DNA of 62,246 bases, the filler included, from Chiloscyllium plagiosum (taxonomy: Eukaryota), in NCBI RefSeq assembly GCF_004010195.1. It is 3 parts of one record of this genome, joined end to end, with 100 filler letters (N's around TTAATTAATTAA, not from the genome) between each part and the next. Parts side by side here need not be neighbours in the genome. Positions count along the whole stretch, not along the records: positions 41,431 to 62,246 come from NC_057716.1; 2 more parts are not named here. One strand, given 5' to 3'. The notes under the pieces were generated by a model. It was given only the letters and a program-made list of their open reading frames with translations. It was not told where the DNA came from and made no database searches. The translations under genes and the position numbers were made by a program. Shown one piece after another: positions 54,601-62,246 of the stretch. How positions within the stretch are numbered: the stretch's first letter is position 1; every line of letters begins with the position of its first letter.

Positions 54601-55805
54601 AACATTTAAATAAATGTTATAATCAGGGGCATGGTCGGACCAGAGAATGGCACTTGCATTCTTCCAACCTTGATCATAGCAGTTTGAGACTATTCATTAC
54701 TTCTTGTGTTGACTAAAGATGGTGGGGCTTCCTCTTGGAATTTTTCTTCCTTGCTGGAATGTATCCATTCTGTGTATTCTGAAATATCCCCTTCAATGTT
54801 TGCCAATGCAACTCTATTGACATATCCCTAAACCCAATTTGCCAGTTCCCTTCAGCTAACTCTGCTTTCATGCCCTGAAAATGTCCCTTACTTAAGTTTA
54901 AGATATTAGTTTTGTATCTACTCTTCTCTCCCTCAAATCAATCATATTTTGATTGCTATTACCTAATGTTGCCTTAAGTTATCAAATCTCATTGCCCAAT
55001 ACCAGATCTAACGTAGCCTGTTCGCAGGTTGGTTTTAGTATCAGCTGTTCTTAGAAACTATTCTGAAAACATTCCATGAACTCTTCATTTGTGCTATCTT
55101 AGTCTTCTGATTTTTCCAGTCTCTATGAAGATTAAAATCCCCAATTATTATCCATGTATCTTTCTGACAAGCTCCTATCATTTCTTCATTAATCCCCATA
55201 CTAGGATGTGGTTACTGTTTGATCGTCTCTGCACCACTTCCACAAGTGACTTCTAGCCTTAGTCAGATCTTATTTCTATCCAATCCACTTTTATATCCTG
55301 GTTTCCGGAAATTAGACCTGCATTCTCTAGCACCAGCTCTAGAAGCCTTGTCCTTTCCAAAATATTCTTAAACATCTAGGTCCCAATCTACATCATTCTG
55401 GAACTATGTCTCTGTGATAACTTGCAGATTTTAATTAGAAATTCCTATGTGTGCCATCAGGTCATTTGTCTTATTTGAGTGCTACGTGCAGAGCCTTCAG
55501 TTTTTGTCCTTTTATTATTTTTGTAATCTCTGGCCTTATATATTGATTTCGATTTATACCTTCTTTCCCTTTCTGTAACTATGTGTTTATTATTTCCCAT
55601 AGTAGTACTTTTCTCTCTTGCCTGGTTTCATCTTTTTATTGGACCACATTTTCTCAAATTTGATTTACCACATCTTCCCAAACTTGATCTCTGGCTGACC
55701 TTTATATGTAAAAATCTCTCTACTTCCTTAGTTATATGACTCATTAGAATCCTGTTCAAGCACAGTTCAGAGGTACACAGTCCAGTATTACAGCTCCAAT
55801 CTTCG

Positions 55806-56157
55806 GGGTGGCACGGTGGCTCAGTGGTTAGCACTGCTGCCTCACAGGGGCAGGGATCTGGGTTTGGTTCCACCGTCAGGCAATTGTCCGTGTGGAATTT
55901 GCACATTCTCCCCGTGTCTGCATGGGTTTCTTCTGAGTGTTCTGGTTTCCTCCCACAGTCCAAAGATGTGCAGTTTAGGTGAATTGGCCATGCTAAATTG
56001 CCCAGTGTTCAGGATGAGTAGTTTAAGATATTAGTCAGGGGATAATATAGAGTAATAGGGTAGGAAAATGGGTCTAAGTGGGTTACTCTTTCGAGGGTTG
56101 GTATGGACTTATTGGGCCAAATAGCCTGTTTCCATATTGTAGGGATTCTATGATTCT
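55806..56157 (+). mobile_element. HE1 SINE
   Basis: ggcacggtggctcagtggttagcactgctgcctcacag head, V-domain, CR1-like tail. Confidence 0.9.
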
Positions 56158-58569
56158 CTAGTACCAGAACTCACCTCTCAACCAGTCATTTATTAGGTTT
56201 GAGGTTCTTCTTAATTTGGTGCCGAGCTCCTCATACGGGTTCTGCAGAAACTGTTTCCTTGCCCAGCCTTTGTTGTAGGCACATACATAAACCATGAGGA
56301 CTGAAGCCTCTCCCTCTCACAGTAAATTCCACTCCAGCTCTAAATCATTGTCTCAAATTCCACTACCAAAAAGACAACCCGCCTTTTAGACTCTTACTAT
56401 TTGCTGTAGAGAGAAGTGTCAATACCACTCATTATATTGTCTCCTACTACCATGACCTATTTTGTTTCACATTAAACACTAGGCTTTGAATGATTTCAAT
56501 AAGTCATTATTTCATTGTGCCAGTGAATTAGAACAGGGTAGTGATTATCAACATTAACAAGCTTAAGCTGATAATATAGTACCAACACTGCACTAAATTA
56601 GTGAAAAGAATTATATTTAGTCAAATTATCTACTCTAATGAGTGCATGAATCCTGTGAACATGACAATTACCAATCAGTCAGTATCGAGTGGCCTGTGTA
56701 TATTTTACAGGCTACACAATTTTAGTTTTTAGTTGAAATATTTCAAATGATCAGATATAAGATTCCTGAGTAACAGTCTATGATGTCACTGAAACACAGG
56801 TTTAACTGGCCTAACAGTACCTTGATAGTCTTGAGCCAATGACTAGCATTAAACAACTAAAATAGACACTCACTCATTCTCTTACCTTAACTCAAATGAT
56901 TTATTATTGTTAAATCATCATTTAGAAAACTTCTCTTCTGATGACTTAATCATTCCATTTTGTGATCTGCAGTCTTCTAACCAATTTTTGGAGTCTTATC
57001 TTGCTCACTAGTCAATGCCACACCGTTTACTTTGGCCAACATGATGTCTGATATTTAGGTCTGGGTAACCAAAATGGTTTCCATAACAACACTGATCATG
57101 CTGAGGTTGTACCACTCAATCATGCCAGAAATTCTGCTGCATCCCATTACCATCTATTTATCGTCTGTGCGGTCTCAATGTACAGGTGCACAATTTTAGC
57201 ATCTTGCTGGCCCCTTCACTGAACTTCAAACCCTTTATGTTGTTTAACATAAAAGTTTGAAGCAACTATACTGTCATGGGAAGTACTATTTGACATCTCA
57301 GAATAGGTGAGAGAAAAATAAGATGAATATCTTGGACTGCCTCCTTGTGGTCACCAGATTAGTTACAACAGTGAAGTTAGGCAATTAATTACTTTTTCGC
57401 ATGGGAGCTTGAGTTTGGCAATCTGAGAGAGTGAAAGGACAAAAAATGCTAAATTATTGCCATTCCCCTACTTAAATAAGTGCATCCACAGAGTATTCGA
57501 GTATTATTCATAGCCAAGTAAAATCAAAACAACAAAGAAAATTGCAGCATTCAGTGGAAGTCACACCTCCCTTGGGGTGCAATTTGTGTTATCAGCTTTA
57601 TTTCAGTGTTGAAGTGTTGCTATGGAAATCAGTTCTGGTTTAGTATTGCCAGCTGCCGTGGGACCTAATGTCCCTGCAACCCAATACAATCTGCTTGTTA
57701 GGTTTATTATGTGATGATTAAATTTAATTTTGAATGGCCTAATGAATTTTGATTCCCATTTACAGCTGTAAGATGATTTACAAATTGGTATATGTTACAA
57801 ATCATAGTTATTTTACTTCTGTGCAACTTTTAAAAATAAAGTCATTGATACACTACACAAAGGAGATATGCAAGTAGTGTTTTGATCTCAGCTGTGTAAG
57901 ATTGATGAGTAGAGAATGGAATTGGTGGTGGGGATCTTGTCACCACTGGGTATGTTTGAATGCTCAGTACTCGGTTACACACCAGAATAAGTGAAGAGGG
58001 TACTCAAAAGAAGGCACATCTCTTACCATCTTACACCTTACCATGTTAACTAAATGTTATTACAACTACACAGTTCTTCCCAGAAGCCTTTCCTGCCTGG
58101 TTAATCTCTGTAATTACAAAGCTGAAAAAAATTGTTAAGAGCTTCCCACTCAACGCCAAAATAGTTGCTCTGAGAACTCTGCTGACATTTTGACCATTGT
58201 GACAAATTGCACGACAGCAGTCGATCAAACCACAACATTCTGAAATAATCAACTTCATTCTAAGTAAGGCAAATCATAACATGTTAAAAAAGTCAGTTCA
58301 CATTATATTATTAATGTTAATGGATCACTTAAAAGATTCCAGGATCCTGAGCAGTATCTGGTCTAAAGACAAATCTATTCTTTCATGGATCATGCCCTCT
58401 CTGTAACAGATTCCATTGAAATTCATGGATCAGTTTTTGAGTTATATTGTTTACAGATTAACAAACACTGTTGTAAATAATACCTCTATCCTTTAAAAAT
58501 AAGAAAAAGTCAGGGTCTAGGCTATCTTCTTAATATATTTTGAGAGGGTTTGATCTGGTCCAAAACAGA

Positions 58570-59190
58570 ATTAAGGTAAGTTTCTCTGAGATTGCCTCTC
58601 ATTCTTCTAAATGCTAGAGAAAAGGTGACAGTTTTCTCACTCTCTCCTCACATGACAGTCCTACCAACCCAGAAATTAGTCCGGTGCACTCCCTCCACTG
58701 CAAATATATCCTTCCTTCAGCAGAGAGGCCAGAACTGCATACAACACTCCAGATACAGCCTCAACAGTGCTCTGCAAAGTTGGTGCGAGATTTCTTTGAT
58801 TCTATACTCAAATATACTCTTACCACACAGGCTAACATATCATTTGCCTTCCAAACTGCTTGCTGCATCTGCATGTTAGCTTTCAGTGACTTTCAAGGTC
58901 CCTTTCAATATCAACAGTTTTCAGTCTGTTAGCAATTAGTTCTCTGCAATTTCATTCCTCCTCCAAAGTGAACAACCTCACACTTATCCACATCATATTC
59001 CATCTGCCACGCTCTTGCCAATTCACTCTGCCAATCTAACCATCTTGATAACATTTTGCAACCTCCTCATTAATCACAGCCTCACCAAGTTTTGTGTCAT
59101 CTATAAACTTGTAAATATTACAATTGGCCCCAACATCGAAATGATTGATTTGTATTGTGAACAGCTGCAGCACACTTCTTGTAGAATCGC
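58570..59190 (-). mobile_element. Old CR1 RT/3' fragment
   Basis: NIYKFIDDTKLG; LYLECCMQFWP (HLEYCVQFWSP-like). Confidence 0.7.
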
Positions 59191-59423
59191 ATGGCAGGAG
59201 AGGCAGGCGTGCTAACCAATGCCAAAACTTTCTGGCATTGATACCATATTTATAGCCGAGCTGCACAAGATGTCAGACGCTGCAAACCAGGAATTGACCC
59301 TCATATTGTGCTCCTTTTTTAGATCCACGTTGACAGAAAGCACAGATTAGGTTTCTATACTCAATAGGAGTGACTATTTATTACAAATAAATGGATTCTA
59401 TATAGAGAAGAACTATTATGAAC

Positions 59424-59680
59424 CATGTCACATATAGGCCAAACCAGGTAAGGATGGCAGTTTCCTTCGCTAAAGGACATTAGTGAACCTGTTAGGGTTT
59501 TGTCTTTACTGACAATCGACAATGGTTTCACGATCATCATTAGCCATCCAATTCCATATTTTTATTGAATTCAAATTCCACCATATGTCATGGCGGGAAT
59601 TGAACCCAGGTCCTAAAAGCAGTATTTGGGCTACTTGATTAACACTAAGTATAACACCATTAAGCTGTAACCACCCTCTC
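59424..59680 (-). mobile_element. SacSINE1/DeuSINE-like SINE
   Basis: tRNA-like head (gggttcaattccc) and central ggttcactaatgtcctttag.gaaggaaactgccatccttacctggtttggccta segment recognised as Deu-domain-like. Confidence 0.6.
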
Positions 59681-60059
59681 CAACGCATTCACTGAAAGCA
59701 AAACTACTAATAAATGGAATAAGTGGAAAGTCAATCCTGGTTCCATTGTATAAAGTAAAATCATGATGTGACTCATTAACTGGAACAGTGATAGTAGGAG
59801 TTGTTAAGAAATTACCAATGTTGTAGTTGACTTGTAGTTGGTTGGAGTAAATGTTACATTCATTGATAGTCACAGTAATTCCAAGAGGTTAAAGAGAAAA
59901 AGCAGTTACAAGAACAAGTTTCAGGCATTTTCCATTACGTATCTGGTGCCCAGAGCAAAGGCTAAATAAAGTCCGTTATCAGAGGTCAAAGTAATATCAC
60001 AAGCAGATGTTAGAGAAATCGGAACTTTGTTTAAAGGAGGGGACAATTCAAAGAAAGTA

Positions 60060-60500
60060 GTTGGCATGACTTCATTAACTGAGGCTCAGAAAGCAGATCC
60101 AGAGTTAAATAAGTTAAGACAGAAGCTCACACTGAGGCTGAGGATGTTGGGGTTCCAGAGAGCAGTGAAATTAAAAATGGAGCTGTGATGTGGAAGTGGA
60201 GACACCATCATAGACGTGTGGATGAGGAATGGATAACTGTTAATCAGGTAGTAGCACTGCCCAAATATTGTAAGGAGATATTGGATATTGCACATGAAAT
60301 TCCTATAATAGGACACGTAGGGATGTTGAATATTTTAAGTGTTGATAAACATGCATTTTACCTTGCATAAATTTCATAAGGATGTACTGTAAAATATGCA
60401 TACATGTCAGTTAGTAGGAAAACCTTACCATGTAATTAAACCCTGACCTTTAATACCCCATTCCAGATTTCAAAGACGTGCCAAGCTGAGTGTTAGTAAA
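60060..60500 (+). mobile_element. Ty3/Gypsy integrase zinc-finger remnant
   Basis: LTEAQKADPEL, QVVALPKYCKEILDIAHEIPIIGHVG, then frameshifted C.TCQLVGKP (HHCC motif). Confidence 0.75.
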
Positions 60501-60505
60501 CCCAA

Positions 60506-60602
60506 AATTCCTAAAGAAGGGCTCATGCCCGAAACGTCGATTCTCCTGCTCCTTGGATGCTGCCTGACCTGCTGCGCTTTTCCAGCCACACATTTTCAGC
60601 TT
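60506..60602 (+). mobile_element. Penelope terminal-repeat fragment
   Basis: CTAAAGA-A-GGGC-TCAT-GCCC-GAAA-CGTC-GATT (core G5 mutated). Confidence 0.75.
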
Positions 60603-60835
60603 TTAATCCAAAACAAAAGTCAGACACCAGTGTGTTCCTACAATTATGGATATGGCAGCTTGACTTCCAGAAGCTCTTGGTTTTGGGACAATCATAGATC
60701 AAAATTTATAGAGAGCTTGATTTCCTTGGAGCAGCAAAGGTTAAGAGTGTACTTGGTAGAGGCGTATAAAATTATGAGGGTCATAGATAGGGTGGATACA
60801 AACACTTTTTTTCCAGTAGTAGAGGAGTCACTAAC

Positions 60836-61344
60836 AGAGAATGGCGGGAGCTAGGCGGAAGTTCAGATGGAGCGCAAAGCCGGTCGGGAAGGTAAGTGAT
60901 TACTATATAAAGAACTTACCTCGACGCCAATGGTCTTTTCGCAGCAGAGAGCAGCAGGAGCTGGGCGGAAGTTCAGACGGAGTGCAAAGCCGGTCGGGAA
61001 GGTAAGTGATTACTATATAAAGAACTTACCTCGACGCCAACGGTCTTTTCACAGCAGAGAGCGGCGGGAGCTGGGCGGAAGTTCAGACGGAGCGCAAAGC
61101 CGGTCGGGAAGATGTGATTACTATATAAAGAACTTGCCTCGACGCCAACGGTCTTTTCGCAGCAGAGAGCGGCGGGAGCTGGGCGGAAGTTCAGACAGAG
61201 CGCAAAGCCAGTCGGGAAGGTAAGTGATTGCTATATAAAGAAGTTCCCTCGACACCAACGGTCTTTTCGCAGCAGAGAGCGGCGGGAGCTGGGCGGAAGT
61301 TCAGATGGAGCGCAAAGCCGGTCGGGAAGGTAAGTGATTACTAT
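60836..61344 (+). repeat. 110-bp tandem monomers (about 4.6 copies) forming the 5' UTR of a young CR1
   Basis: Register t(a/g)ctat at 60901, 61011, 61119, 61229 and 61339; CpG-rich; directly upstream of CR1 ORF1. Confidence 0.9.
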
Positions 61345-61553
61345 TAGAGTGGGTGTGTTCTAAACCTCTGGTTCTACAAAGTAGGGTCTCCCTCCCTCCC
61401 TCCCTCCTCCTCTAACCTTAATTAAGAGTCCACAGACGTGCCACAAAAAGAGGGTCGAAGGAAGTTTAGATCGAAGAGTGAGGCTTCAGCTCAGGAATCT
61501 TTGACAAGGAGGTTGAGTGAAGTGATTACACCACAGTTGAAGAGGGTGAAGAC

Positions 61554-62246
61554 ATGACTGTCCAGCTGGTTCAGTGCGCTACGTGCTTGATGTGGGAGGT
61601 CAACGAATCTGGCCTGTCTGACTCGTATATGTGTGGAAAATGTGTGCACATTAAGCAATTGACTGAGCATATTGCAGCGCTGACGAAAGAACTCGAAGAC
61701 CTTAGGCTCATCCGAGAGAATGAGATCTTTCTGGACAAGACCTTCAGCGATGTTATTACACCAATCATGCCAGAAGAGAGCAGAAGAGAGCAGACGATGA
61801 GGAAGGCGGAGAGGAGACAGGTGCAAGAGACCCCGGGAGAAGTACCTGTCAGGAACAAGTTGAAGCTTTTGGAAACAGAGACTGATTACACTGCCAGTTC
61901 GCAAGGCAGCCAAGTTTGTCAATCAAAAGTTGCCGCAGAGGCAGAGTGGAAGAGTCGGACATCGCACAGAGCCGTGGTAATAGGAGACTCCATCGTGAGA
62001 GGAACTGACTGGGGTTTTTGTGGCAGCAGACGGGATTTAAGGATGGTGTCCTTGCCTTCCTGGTGCTAGAGTGAAAGACATCGCGGACAGAGTGCAGGAA
62101 ATCCTCAAGGATGAGGGTGAAGAGCCAGAGGTGGTGGTACATGTCGGCACAAATGATGTCGGGCAGAAGAGGAGGAACATACTACAGCGAGACTTCGGAG
62201 AACTAGGAAGAAGGCTGAAAAGCAGGACGTCCAAGGTGGTTACCTC
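61554..62246 (+). mobile_element. Young CR1 ORF1 (CxxC zinc finger, coiled coil, SGNH esterase) with one frameshift near 62050, running off the window
   Basis: MTVQLVQCATCLMWE...CGKC, AVVIGDSIVRG; after the shift CLPGARVKD...VVVHVGTNDVG. Confidence 0.9.

Noticed and set aside
55806..55885. tRNA-like sequence in HE1 heads
   Set aside because: A/B-box SINE head continuing into the V-domain; not a tRNA gene.
56200..58560. Possible MARCO exons expected from human synteny
   Set aside because: No SRCR or collagen-like translation recognised on the minus strand.
60836..61344. Tandem array as CRISPR-like or as a coding repeat (97-aa ORF)
   Set aside because: Whole units repeat with no unique spacers; eukaryotic context; it is a LINE 5' UTR.

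Overview
Repeat-dense vertebrate genomic DNA, almost certainly a cartilaginous fish: HE1/V-SINEs, CR1, L1 and Penelope families typical of sharks (species not determinable from sequence alone). Two host genes are supported. (1) DBI/ACBP on the minus strand, which the ORF track misses; coding exons 2-4 are at 14682-14565, 14481-14419 and 13748-13672, and the short first exon was not found. (2) A two-exon C1QL2 on the plus strand (31532-32113 + 32590-32769, 253 aa), lying in a TE-poor island. Almost everything else is decayed retroelements: many CR1 LINE fragments, one near-full-length fish-type L1, eight HE1 SINEs, Penelope RT/GIY-YIG fragments and terminal repeats, and a Gypsy integrase remnant, plus three large assembly gaps. 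Most interesting signals: an in-frame AUU-initiated 29-aa N-terminal extension of C1QL2 that could turn the signal peptide into a membrane anchor; about 13 minimal hammerhead-ribozyme motifs in Penelope termini with covarying helix II, one in the sense strand of DBI intron 1; a TSD-flanked Penelope/L1 chimeric insertion; 110-bp CR1 5' monomers that each carry a splice-donor/anti-donor hairpin around a TATA motif; and a Pbx-Hox/Meis motif cluster downstream of C1QL2. Repeat boundaries are approximate and family names come from recognition, not database searches.
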